The notes: generated from the sequence alone by a model not told the origin. A stretch of 64,000 bases of DNA from Candidatus Campbellbacteria bacterium (GCA_002698305.1 NZWR01000003.1:10794-74793), one strand, 5' to 3'; positions 42,353 through 50,647 are shown, counted from the first letter of the stretch. Numbers and translations are program-made.

Positions 42353-43006
42353 ATGAAAACTTTTAAAATTATTTTATCTTGGACAACCGTCCTGTTACTT
42401 ATTGGTAGTGCCATATGGTACTCCTGGTTAACAATAATTGGAGAGATACGTCCTGTTACAACAACTTTTATTCTTGCTTTTATATACTTCACAATTTCTG
42501 AAGCTGCCTATTGGTCAAAAGCAAAGAAAGACGAGATAAGAACAGGTAACAAAACAAGTATTTGGAATAACATGGCTATGCATGCAGGTTATGTAAATGT
42601 AATCATGGCCATGCTAACTGTGATAGGTGTTAAAATCTATAATGGAAATTTCATTGACGATTTTAATATTTTTCAATACATATGTCTCATTTTAAGCGCA
42701 ATAGTACTTATCATCTGGAAGCTAACTAAAAACGCTCAATTGGGATTTGTACTGGTTCAGCTTGTTGCTGTTATTGCCTACATTCCAATGTTCCAGAGAG
42801 TTCTTGTAACAGAGGTTCAAACAGAATCGAACGTTATGTGGGTAGCAATATTATTTGCCTCATTAACAGCAATTCCAAAAGTATGGGAAGGCTACAAAAA
42901 GAACAAAGACTGGTTAAGTATTGTTTATATAGCGAGGGTAATACCTTCAAATATTGCATTAGTTTGTCTAGTATTCGCAAAAGATATAGGAATATACCCA
43001 TTTTAA
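42353..43006 (+). CDS. module 2: 217-aa polytopic membrane protein
   Basis: 6-7 predicted TM helices. Promoter TTGACT-17-TATATT upstream. Confidence 0.55.
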   Translation: MKTFKIILSWTTVLLLIGSAIWYSWLTIIGEIRPVTTTFILAFIYFTISEAAYWSKAKKDEIRTGNKTSIWNNMAMHAGYVNVIMAMLTVIGVKIYNGNFIDDFNIFQYICLILSAIVLIIWKLTKNAQLGFVLVQLVAVIAYIPMFQRVLVTEVQTESNVMWVAILFASLTAIPKVWEGYKKNKDWLSIVYIARVIPSNIALVCLVFAKDIGIYPF

Positions 43007-43016
43007 AATTAGATCT

Positions 43017-43208
43017 ATGAAAAAATTAAAAATTATTTCAAGTTACTCAGCGGAAATTGCCGAGCAAGATTACAATAGCTGGCGTAGCGAAAAAGGCAAA
43101 AAAATTGAAATCGTAGAAAAAGAACATCACGTAACCTCAGCATATCACGCAGAGAGAAAGAGAATGGTTCAAGAGTATACTGTTTTTATTTACTATACGT
43201 CCAAATAA
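43017..43208 (+). CDS. module 2: 63-aa hypothetical protein
   Basis: ORF 10 nt after the previous stop. Followed by terminator AGCCCA..TGGGCT. Confidence 0.45.
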   Translation: MKKLKIISSYSAEIAEQDYNSWRSEKGKKIEIVEKEHHVTSAYHAERKRMVQEYTVFIYYTSK

Positions 43209-43279
43209 ACCCAAAAGTAAAAACTGGTTTAGCCCACTGCATTATGCATGGGCTTTTTTATTCCATATTTAATATATTT

Positions 43280-43578
43280 GTTCGAACACTGTCCCACATC
43301 GTGCACAAATTTTTAAGAAATAACGCGAAAGCGTTTTTCTTTTTAAATTTTGTATGATTCTAGTCGTCATCCATCGTGGTGACCGATTCTCCGCCCGCAG
43401 GACTTATTTCTAAAGAGCGATAGCGACTATAGAAATAGAACTACCCCTGTGGTGCAACAGAAAAACCCTTTATTTGTAAGGGTTTTTTCTTATACGCCAG
43501 TGAGGTAGAGAGTGATAACGACTATATTCCACAAGTACTCCTGGGGTGCAGGCGGAGGAAATGTATATCAAATGGAAC
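43280..43578 (+). repeat. junction element copy C (expanded, contains a tRNA-Gly 3' remnant)
   Basis: Identical left arm GTTCGAACACTGTCCCACATCGTGCACA (43280-43307). A ~150-bp insert includes 43384-43399. Conserved centre CAGAAAAACCC..GGGTTTTTTCTTATACGCCAGT. Right arm GTGCAGGCGGAGGAAATGTATATCAAATGGAAC (43546-43578). Confidence 0.7.
43384..43399 (+). pseudogene. partial copy of the tRNA-Gly 3' end (att-like remnant)
   Basis: CGATTCTCCGCCCGCA versus tRNA-Gly CGATTCTCTCCGCCCGCA (2-nt deletion). No 5' half is present. Confidence 0.6.
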
Positions 43579-43610
43579 TTTTTATTGACATATAATAATT
43601 TTAATACAAA

Positions 43611-44027
43611 ATGAAGTTAAATCTTAAAAACTCATTTATTATGATAAGTAAAATTTCATCTTACGGTTGGTTCAAATGGACGCTTTTCATCTTGGCTATC
43701 ACTATATTAGTTAATGTTACTAGTGTCTTTGCACAAGTAAATATAAAAATTGCTTCTTTAGCTTGGTTTGCAGTATTAACTGTTCCACATTTATTTCATA
43801 TTTTTTCTTTAATTATTAATAAAAAAAGAAGAGAAGTGTTTATGTATGTTTCAGGAATAGTGATAATTTTTCAAGCTATCACATACATATTTTTCCCTTT
43901 TGAGACTCTTGGATTTTATCCTGTCTTCATAATCTTTTTTATAGGGGCGAGTAATATTGCTGTATACGAAATATTGAAAACGAAACCAGAAGTTAAAGGA
44001 ATTTCCTTTGAAAATAATAATCCTTAA
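43611..44027 (+). CDS. module 3: 138-aa four-TM membrane protein
   Basis: Hydrophobic helices. TTGACA at 43586-43591 upstream. Confidence 0.5.
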   Translation: MKLNLKNSFIMISKISSYGWFKWTLFILAITILVNVTSVFAQVNIKIASLAWFAVLTVPHLFHIFSLIINKKRREVFMYVSGIVIIFQAITYIFFPFETLGFYPVFIIFFIGASNIAVYEILKTKPEVKGISFENNNP

Positions 44028-44037
44028 AATCAAAATA

Positions 44038-44340
44038 ATGACAAAAATAGTTTCATTCATAGACAAAGAAGAACAATTACTCCTTACTTTGAGATGTAGT
44101 TGTTCTGGAACCCAAGGATGTGACACACATACAGAACTGAGCTTTGCTTATCCTCCTCTTCTTGAACCTAATAATTTTGAGAAAGTTGTTGGTCAATTTA
44201 GTACAAGTAAAAGATCCAAAGATGGTGCCCCAACAGGTGGATTAGTACACGGTACTCTCGAAGATTTATCAGAATTTGCTGATAAATTGAAAGAGATGTG
44301 TGATATAGCAAAAGAAAGAAAATCTAATCTTAAAACCTAA
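44038..44340 (+). CDS. module 3: 100-aa hypothetical protein
   Basis: ATG 44038 (MTKIVSFIDKEEQ) lies 10 nt after the previous stop. Terminator AGCCCAT..ATGGGCT downstream. Confidence 0.45.
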   Translation: MTKIVSFIDKEEQLLLTLRCSCSGTQGCDTHTELSFAYPPLLEPNNFEKVVGQFSTSKRSKDGAPTGGLVHGTLEDLSEFADKLKEMCDIAKERKSNLKT

Positions 44341-44399
44341 AATATTACTGAGCCCATTGCAAATATGCATGGGCTTTTTACTAATCTTTTACTATATCT

Positions 44400-44565
44400 G
44401 TTCGAACACTGTCCCACATCGTGACCCCAAGGGCACTACCATTTGTATATTCACTTCGTTCATTATAAATTAGGGCACACAGGCGAAAAAATCTTTACGT
44501 GGGCGACTGAAGGTTTAGCCTAAGGGTTTTTTCTCTGACACAATGCGGGATTGATGCAATCGAAT
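44400..44565 (+). repeat. junction element copy D (left arm intact, remainder diverged)
   Basis: GTTCGAACACTGTCCCACATCGTG (44400-44423), then a diverged centre with ..CCTAAGGGTTTTTTCT.., and a right end ..GCGGGATTGATGCAATCGAAT. Confidence 0.6.
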
Positions 44566-44594
44566 TTTTATTTGTATATTGATATAATGAAGTT

Positions 44595-45314
44595 ATGAAA
44601 CATAGCTATAAAATTATGGGAATGACGTGCGATAGTTGCAAAGAAAAGATTACTCAAGCGTTACAGTCAATTCCAGAAATATCTGATGTGAAAATAAACA
44701 GAGAACAGGAAACAGCAGAGGTTTTTATGAATGAGCATGTTCAAACACCTACTATGCAGAAATCATTAGATAAAATAGGTAATTATCGAATTTCAATGAA
44801 CGCAGAAATATCTATATCTTCTATGAAAAAGAGTAGCAGTCATATAAAAGATTTAATTCCTTTGTTTGTGATTGTTGGAGCTGTTCTCCTTTTCTCTATT
44901 ATTACTACCCTAACTACTGATCAAGATTTTAGTTTTGGAATGAGAATGTTTATGGGAGGATTTTTTGTGGTCTTTGGAACATTGAAAGCTATTAAACTCA
45001 AAGACTTTGCCATTGCCTACAAGGAGTACGACCTTCTTGCAATGCGAAGTACGTCATATGCCTATTCATATCCATTTATTGAACTTTGTTTAGGTATCTT
45101 ATATTTCACAAATCTTGCACCTTTTGTAACAAATATTATAACTATTTTTATTATGGGAATAGGAGCTGTTGGTGTATATAGAAAATTGCGTAAAAAAGAA
45201 GAAATACCTTGTGCCTGTCTTGGAACCGTATTCAAGGTGCCAATGACGTGGGTAACACTAGTAGAAAATTTACTCATGGTTGCTATGGCAATTATTATGA
45301 TAGTATTGATGTAA
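44595..45314 (+). CDS. module 4: heavy-metal-associated (HMA) domain fused to a MauE/DoxX-like membrane domain
   Basis: YKIMGMTCDSCKEKITQAL (GMTCxxC). Four TM helices with a C-terminal IPCACLG motif. TGaTATAAT lies 6 nt upstream of the ATG. Confidence 0.75.
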   Translation: MKHSYKIMGMTCDSCKEKITQALQSIPEISDVKINREQETAEVFMNEHVQTPTMQKSLDKIGNYRISMNAEISISSMKKSSSHIKDLIPLFVIVGAVLLFSIITTLTTDQDFSFGMRMFMGGFFVVFGTLKAIKLKDFAIAYKEYDLLAMRSTSYAYSYPFIELCLGILYFTNLAPFVTNIITIFIMGIGAVGVYRKLRKKEEIPCACLGTVFKVPMTWVTLVENLLMVAMAIIMIVLM

Positions 45315-45318
45315 TTAT

Positions 45319-45660
45319 ATGTTTCAGAAGACATACAAATTCATAGGAATATTTATAATACTACTGGTACTTGTTGGGCACCATTCTTTTCAAGCAGAGG
45401 CGATGGAAGCTCCAAGTCACCATAATCAAGAAATTTCTTGCATAGGCCACGATTGCCATCATCAAGCAGAAATGGAGATTTGTGAGAAACTACAAGGCGA
45501 TGAAATACAGATAGTTACTGAATTTGTAGTCCTTCTTGAAAATTCTCATTGTGATTTTATTCACACAAGCGAAACAAATACTGTTCCAAATGAGGTATAT
45601 GAAAAATACCGACAGCGGATACCCTTATCCCAAAAACAACTCGCACGTCCCCACTTGTAA
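45319..45660 (+). CDS. module 4: small His/Cys-rich exported protein (putative metal binding)
   Basis: N-terminal TM/signal FIGIFIILLVLVG, then HHSFQAEAMEAPSHHNQEISCIGHDCHHQAEMEICE. Confidence 0.5.
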   Translation: MFQKTYKFIGIFIILLVLVGHHSFQAEAMEAPSHHNQEISCIGHDCHHQAEMEICEKLQGDEIQIVTEFVVLLENSHCDFIHTSETNTVPNEVYEKYRQRIPLSQKQLARPHL

Positions 45661-45709
45661 AATCACAATATCTTTTTATTCGTTTATTTATATAAAAACT
45701 AAAAATACT

Positions 45710-46114
45710 ATGAAAACAAATACACTAATTGCAGTAATTATCTCACTTCTTATTGGAGGAGGGATTGGTTATGCAATGAATAACAATAATGCCCCTATAG
45801 CAGAAGCACCAATGATGATGGATCACTCTATGATGAACCACTCAATGAATATGAATGATATAGGTATGGAAGCAATGATGATGGATATGACAGCCCGCAT
45901 GGAAGGAAAAACAGGAGACGAGCTTGATAGAATTTTCCTTGAAGATATGATCGTTCACCACCAAGGAGCTGTTGATATGGCAATTATCATCAAAGAGAAC
46001 ACCGAGCGACCAGAACTCAAAGCATTTGCACAAGAAATCATTGATGTGCAAGATCAAGAAATCAATATGATGAAGTCTTGGTTGACCGAATGGTTTCTAA
46101 TTGAAGAAAACTAA
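45710..46114 (+). CDS. module 4: DUF305-family protein (metal-related four-helix protein)
   Basis: Start at ATG 45710 (MKTNTLIAVIISLL). Met/His-rich MMMDHSMMNHSMNMN. DUF305 motif FLEDMIVHHQGAVDMA. Confidence 0.7.
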   Translation: MKTNTLIAVIISLLIGGGIGYAMNNNNAPIAEAPMMMDHSMMNHSMNMNDIGMEAMMMDMTARMEGKTGDELDRIFLEDMIVHHQGAVDMAIIIKENTERPELKAFAQEIIDVQDQEINMMKSWLTEWFLIEEN

Positions 46115-46144
46115 ACTTAATCGAGGTGTGAAGATAGGATACTT

Positions 46145-46168
46145 GTTCTAATAGTGCCCCGCATCGTG
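46145..46168 (+). repeat. degenerate fourth copy of the 24-nt left-arm motif
   Basis: GTTCTAATAGTGCCCCGCATCGTG matches GTTCGAACACTGTCCCACATCGTG at 18 of 24 positions. Followed by a bidirectional terminator. Confidence 0.45.
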
Positions 46169-46201
46169 AAAACAAAAAACAGCGCACGCTGTTTTTTGTT
46201 T

Positions 46202-47095
46202 TCAATGACGATGATTGCTGTGTTCCTCGTGTTCTTCTTCGGCTTCTTCAGGATGGTCTTGTTCTTCATATTCATCTCCGTGCTCTTCCTCGTGATTAGA
46301 TTCCTCATCTATAACTGTCATACCTTCTTCATGTTCGTGACTATGTCCTAGTGCTGACGCAATTCCCGTCATAACTAATACCCCTAAAACAAGCGCAGCA
46401 AGCATTTGGCCAACATTCTTTCTATCTTTGAGGATTGTTTTTAATGGAAATAGATCAGTAAATACAATTCCTAAGAAAAAGGTTGCAGTGGCCCCAAGAA
46501 GATAGGCTTGGAGAATTGCACTTTGACCGAGTAACAGCCCGATAGCAATACCAATAAAAATTGATAAGGCGGTCCCAAAATTACGATAGCTTGCTTCGGT
46601 GGTGGTGTATCCTGATTTTCTCAGTACCAGAAATTCTGAAATTTCTTGAGGCGTCTCATGCAAAATAATTGAAAGAGCTGTTGAGCTACCCACTAATGGA
46701 CTGACACCAAATGATGCAACCAAGAGCATTCCATCGGCAATATTATGTACCGCATCACCTATGAGTAATTTCCATGCTGATTTTTTTGAACCTTTGCTGT
46801 GGTCATGGTCCACACCTGCATGTCGGTGCGGCGAAAGGATGTTGTGCAGTATAATATATGCAACAAGACCAATCGCAAATGAAATAATTGCGTTACCCGG
46901 GCTTAGTATTTCAAGGGTTTCTCTTCCTAAAAGAAAGCTTGTTACAAGAAATACTCCAGCACTGACAGCAGTGAGCACGGTAAGATTGCTATTAATAAAT
47001 TCTGCAATGCGGCGGTTTGATCTAACCAACGCTACCCCTAAAATTGATACAAAGGAAATAACTAATCCATATAATAAAACAAGTTCTATATTCAT
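46202..47095 (-). CDS. ZIP-family zinc/metal transporter with His/Glu-rich C-terminal tail
   Basis: HNIADGMLLVASF and HETPQEISEFLVL (ZIP signature helices). Tail HSHEHEEG...EEEHEEHSNHRH. Confidence 0.8.
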   Translation of the reverse strand: MNIELVLLYGLVISFVSILGVALVRSNRRIAEFINSNLTVLTAVSAGVFLVTSFLLGRETLEILSPGNAIISFAIGLVAYIILHNILSPHRHAGVDHDHSKGSKKSAWKLLIGDAVHNIADGMLLVASFGVSPLVGSSTALSIILHETPQEISEFLVLRKSGYTTTEASYRNFGTALSIFIGIAIGLLLGQSAILQAYLLGATATFFLGIVFTDLFPLKTILKDRKNVGQMLAALVLGVLVMTGIASALGHSHEHEEGMTVIDEESNHEEEHGDEYEEQDHPEEAEEEHEEHSNHRH

Positions 47096-47105
47096 ATGTC
47101 GTTAT

Positions 47106-47145
47106 CATATATAAATGCAAATTATTTGCAAATTAATTATTGCAA
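47106..47145. promoter_or_regulatory. two Fur/Zur-box-like palindromes in the divergent ZIP/fur promoter region
   Basis: TGCAAAT-T-ATTTGCA (47106-47120, perfect 7-1-7) and TTGCAATTATTTGCAA (47130-47145), between the starts at 47095 and 47174. Confidence 0.65.
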
Positions 47146-47173
47146 TTATTTGCAAAAATGAAATGATTATTAT

Positions 47174-47569
47174 ATGTACCGAGATATTATAAAAAAAAGT
47201 GGTTTGTCGATAACAACTAAAAGAATAGCACTCTTGTCTGCGCTGGATAAAGCACAGAGGCCTGTTACCATTGATGAATTGCGAAATCAAATGACTGATA
47301 CCATGGATACATCAACTATGTATCGGTCACTCAAGAAGCTTGTCGATGCGGGCATTGTCTATCAGACTGATTTTCGTGACGGGGTTTCGTATTTTGAGCT
47401 TCAAGGTGATAACCATCATCACCATGTGGTGTGTACTGAGTGTAAGTCACGCAAAAGTATCGACATGTGTGTTAACAAGAATTTCAACAAGGTCGAAAAA
47501 GACACGGGATACACTATTACCAATCATATTTTTGAACTCTTTGGATTATGCGAAAACTGCTCATCATAA
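47174..47569 (+). CDS. Fur-family metalloregulator (probably Zur)
   Basis: Winged-helix N-terminus (TTKRIALLSALDKAQRPVTIDEL), HHHHVVCTECKS and C-terminal CENC metal sites. Confidence 0.85.
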   Translation: MYRDIIKKSGLSITTKRIALLSALDKAQRPVTIDELRNQMTDTMDTSTMYRSLKKLVDAGIVYQTDFRDGVSYFELQGDNHHHHVVCTECKSRKSIDMCVNKNFNKVEKDTGYTITNHIFELFGLCENCSS

Positions 47570-48636
47570 TATGCCTTCTCTTTTCTTCTATTGGTGTCTA
47601 TGCGCAAGAAGCTGCTAACTCTCAACCAGAAGAAATATATACAACGAGCTATGTATCAGGAACGGTTATTGAAAAAGAAATAAATGAAAACGGTTTTGTT
47701 AATTACCGAACGCGTCTTCGTGATGGAAGAATAATAGACGTTGATACGTATGGAGAAGTTATAGAGGAAGGTGACTCTATTTATTTAGAACACTTAGAAG
47801 ACTTGGGTGAATACAATTTCATCACTGTTAATCGGAGCACCAGTGTTATCCTACTCCTCATTCTTTTTGTGGGAAGTATTATTGTGCTTGCTAAAAAGAA
47901 AGGCCTACGCTCACTTGGAAGTTTGATAATAAGTATGGCGCTCTTATTCTTTGGTTTGGTTCCTTTGCTGCTTTCTGGTGTTGATCCAGTACTGGTTACC
48001 ATATTGTTTGGGCTTGGGGTGTTGTTTGTCAGCATCTTTGTCACCCATGGATTTAATTACCAAAGTTTGGTCTCCTTTTTGGGTTCATTTGGGTCGGTGC
48101 TCTTGGCCATCGTGTTAATTGCGTTGGTAAGCGAGTATTCATCTTTAACGGGACTGATTAATGACGAGATTCAGTTCCTCTCTTTTGAATCGGAAAAAGT
48201 GCTGAATCTTACGAGAATTATCTCAGCATCAATTATTATCGGAGTGCTTGGAGTTCTGGATGATATTACGATAACGCAGGTTGCGGTAGTGCGTGAATTA
48301 TCATCTGATACGACACTGACCCGGTCACATATTTTTACCAAGGCTTTGCGTGTTGGAAGAGATCATATTTCATCACTGGTTAATACCCTCGTTTTTGCGT
48401 ACGTCGGGGCTACACTGCCAATGATTATGTTTATTACCTTGTTAGATATCCCTTTCTATATACTAATCAGCCAGGAATTTATTTTTATTGAAATTATTCG
48501 CTCGCTGATTGGGGCTATTGCATTGACGCTTGCTGTTCCTTTGACGACATGGCTTGCTACTCACGTCTTCTTGGGGCATATCCACCGAGATGCGTGTACT
48601 TTGGATTCAGCATGTGCTCATCATCACCATCATTAA
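47548..48636 (+). CDS. YibE/F-like polytopic membrane protein with C-terminal His tag-like tail
   Basis: Signal plus extracytoplasmic N-domain, about 7 TM helices, GVLGVLDDITITQVAVV motif, ends CAHHHHH. Overlaps the fur stop by 22 nt. Confidence 0.6.
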   Translation: MRKLLIIICLLFSSIGVYAQEAANSQPEEIYTTSYVSGTVIEKEINENGFVNYRTRLRDGRIIDVDTYGEVIEEGDSIYLEHLEDLGEYNFITVNRSTSVILLLILFVGSIIVLAKKKGLRSLGSLIISMALLFFGLVPLLLSGVDPVLVTILFGLGVLFVSIFVTHGFNYQSLVSFLGSFGSVLLAIVLIALVSEYSSLTGLINDEIQFLSFESEKVLNLTRIISASIIIGVLGVLDDITITQVAVVRELSSDTTLTRSHIFTKALRVGRDHISSLVNTLVFAYVGATLPMIMFITLLDIPFYILISQEFIFIEIIRSLIGAIALTLAVPLTTWLATHVFLGHIHRDACTLDSACAHHHHH

Positions 48637-48661
48637 TAAAAACACCGCAGAGGTGTTTTTA
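48637..48661. terminator. bidirectional terminator
   Basis: AACACC-gcaga-GGTGTT with A/T runs. Confidence 0.75.
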
Positions 48662-49081
48662 TTAATTCAGCAAGCTTGATTTAAATATTTCAGGCATATG
48701 AGATGGTATCTCAATAACTTTAAAACCATATTTTTCTTGAACGCTACCAAGAGCTTCTTGCAGTGCCTTTTGGTCATAGCCAACAAAAACAACATCTGGG
48801 CGCTGTTCTTCTAGGGCATTCCATTGACCTAATATCTTATCGCCAGTAACCACGTTTACACTTTTGAAAGTACGGCGAATATCAGTCATCCGCTCTTTTT
48901 GATTTTTTCTAGGTGCTCTTTCTTTAATTTTTTTGATGACACTGTCATCTGCTACTGATACGTATAATGTATCTACTTTTAAAAGCGCTTGAGCAATTAA
49001 AAATCTATGCCCCTCATGAATACCGTCAAATGTTCCAAATAAAAGCCCTACCAATTTTTCTCGCCTCTTTTTTGTGTGCAT
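48662..49081 (-). CDS. cytidylyl/adenylyltransferase-family protein (CTP_transf_like)
   Basis: GLLFGTFDGIHEGHRFLI (the (T/H)xGH nucleotidyltransferase motif). Start at ATG 49081, with TATACT 6 nt upstream. Confidence 0.7.
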   Translation of the reverse strand: MHTKKRREKLVGLLFGTFDGIHEGHRFLIAQALLKVDTLYVSVADDSVIKKIKERAPRKNQKERMTDIRRTFKSVNVVTGDKILGQWNALEEQRPDVVFVGYDQKALQEALGSVQEKYGFKVIEIPSHMPEIFKSSLLN

Positions 49082-49087
49082 GGTGAC

Positions 49088-49126
49088 AGTATAGCGTATT
49101 GGATTCCCGGTGTATTCTCGTATACT
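49088..49126. promoter_or_regulatory. back-to-back divergent TATACT -10 boxes, each 6 nt from its ATG
   Basis: Minus-strand TATACT at 49088-49093 serves ATG 49081. Plus-strand TATACT at 49121-49126 serves ATG 49133. Confidence 0.55.
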
Positions 49127-49132
49127 AATGAT

Positions 49133-50458
49133 ATGGAACATATTTCAAACCAAGAGTCACAACAAGAAAGCAGAGCAGAGTTTTCTCCTGAGCTTAACAA
49201 AAGAATCGTGGATAACATTATTGAAAAAACATCTGAATCAGATTTGAGCCAAGAGCATTTAGATGAGATTCAAAGAGAGCTAGAGAGACCTAATAGTCCT
49301 GTATTCAAAGCTACTCTTGAGGCAGAGTCTCAAAAGATAAATTTAAGAAAATTTGTTGCGCTGGCAATGGTGACCTTGTCGCCATTTTTGGCAAAAGCCA
49401 ACACATCAGAAAGTCCTGAAACCCTTACATCATCTGCTGCTAAAGAGGTTACTCTAGATACTGATGCTAGGGCAGAAGATGGAGAGATCATTTCATACGA
49501 AAAAGCGAGTAGATTATCGTCAGAAACCGAGCCTGAAGAAATTAACCCAACCAGTGAAGAAAAATCTATCAAACGAATGGAATCAAAAATTGATTTTGAA
49601 ATAGCAAAGACAGATATCAACCAAGCTGACCTTGAAGCCCTTAATTACGAGGTGGCGCAATTTATTGAAAGCTTTGATAGTGAAGATCTAGAGAAAATCA
49701 AAAATGGATCAATGATTGTTGTTGTTTCTGCCGGATCAAGCCCGGAGATAATCAAGGCTCCCATCGAAACAAGCATGGGAAGTGTAACAAACAATTATGA
49801 GCTCTCCCAAATGCGTGCAGAAGTGTATGTAGAAAAAGTATTAGCTGCCTTACAAGAAAAGGGTATCAATAACCCTATTACTATTACGGATATTGCAGAG
49901 GTGCCAGGGTTAGAGCCAGGCGTTTCAGAAAATGGTGAGCGTTTTGCCTCAGTGACAGCATTAGAGCTCACTAATGAAAATCTTGTTCAGATGGCTGATA
50001 CCATTATTTTGGATAGATCTGGGTCAATGAAAGATGATGTTGCTGAATTAGAATCAGCAAATCAGCTAGCTGAACAAGGCGCACAACTTGTCACCCTCGA
50101 AACACATAAAGGAAAAAACGGTGAAATTCTCGAGATGTATTTCTCTTCAATGCAAGATCAGGTACATAAGGCCAAACCTGGCGATGTGATTGTGATGATT
50201 GGCGATGAAAAATCTGATGATGGCCACCAATTTAAAACCGCAGAAGAAAGAAGTGAAAATTATCGAAAAATGTTTCTTGATATAAAACAGCAAGCAGAAG
50301 AAAAAGGGCTAACACTACTCGTGAAACGTAATAATCCAGATAACCCTGATGACTCAATTATTGGAGATTTTACAACATCTGGAATGATGATGACCCTAGG
50401 TTCAGATGACCAAGAATCATATAAAAGACACAAGCACTATCTTGATACCAAAGCATAA
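49133..50458 (+). CDS. acidic protein with one TM and a C-terminal von Willebrand A-like domain
   Basis: MIDAS-like IILDRSGSMKDD, later VIVMIGDEKSDDG. Hydrophobic FVALAMVTLSPFLA near residue 70. Confidence 0.6.
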   Translation: MEHISNQESQQESRAEFSPELNKRIVDNIIEKTSESDLSQEHLDEIQRELERPNSPVFKATLEAESQKINLRKFVALAMVTLSPFLAKANTSESPETLTSSAAKEVTLDTDARAEDGEIISYEKASRLSSETEPEEINPTSEEKSIKRMESKIDFEIAKTDINQADLEALNYEVAQFIESFDSEDLEKIKNGSMIVVVSAGSSPEIIKAPIETSMGSVTNNYELSQMRAEVYVEKVLAALQEKGINNPITITDIAEVPGLEPGVSENGERFASVTALELTNENLVQMADTIILDRSGSMKDDVAELESANQLAEQGAQLVTLETHKGKNGEILEMYFSSMQDQVHKAKPGDVIVMIGDEKSDDGHQFKTAEERSENYRKMFLDIKQQAEEKGLTLLVKRNNPDNPDDSIIGDFTTSGMMMTLGSDDQESYKRHKHYLDTKA

Positions 50459-50481
50459 AACCACCCAAAAGGTGGTTTTTT
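50457..50481 (+). terminator. terminator
   Basis: AACCACC-caaaa-GGTGGTT followed by T6. Confidence 0.8.
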
Positions 50482-50485
50482 AAAA

Positions 50486-50568
50486 CAAAAAAGCCCCAGC
50501 GGAACTGGTGCTTGATTGCAGGATGTTAATGGCTATAAAAAATGACCTGTGTCACTCGCCACTCACAT
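50486..50568 (-). ncRNA. candidate ~80-nt sRNA (promoter-to-terminator unit)
   Basis: Minus-strand TTGACA (50596-50601), 16 nt, TATCTT (50574-50579). The transcript ends in GCACCAG-ttccg-CTGGGGC plus T6 (50486-50516). No ORF. Confidence 0.35.
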
Positions 50569-50647
50569 ATACTAAGATACACGATATTTAAACTTTGTCA
50601 AGTGTCTATGGAAAATAACTTGTTATAGTGATAAAAAATTATTACCA

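Noticed and set aside
45536-45709. Upstream extension of the DUF305 ORF, and similar 5' extensions of ORFs at 421-912, 11381, 14918, 18335, 23215, 31329, 37418, 49141, 49076, 51447 and 53083
   Set aside because: The extensions overlap terminators or neighbouring genes, start at TTG/GTG, or encode non-protein-like sequence. Internal ATGs with a -10 box 6-7 nt upstream or with a proper signal peptide give better models.
41694-46168. CRISPR array or classical integron as explanations for the repeated 24-nt motif
   Set aside because: Not CRISPR: the repeats are 1.1-1.7 kb apart and separated by genes. Not a classical integron: no intI-like gene or attI is adjacent, the outer ends do not fit the RYYYAAC/GTTRRRY core consensus, and the modules carry their own promoters and sometimes several ORFs. 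I therefore report it only as attC/att-like.
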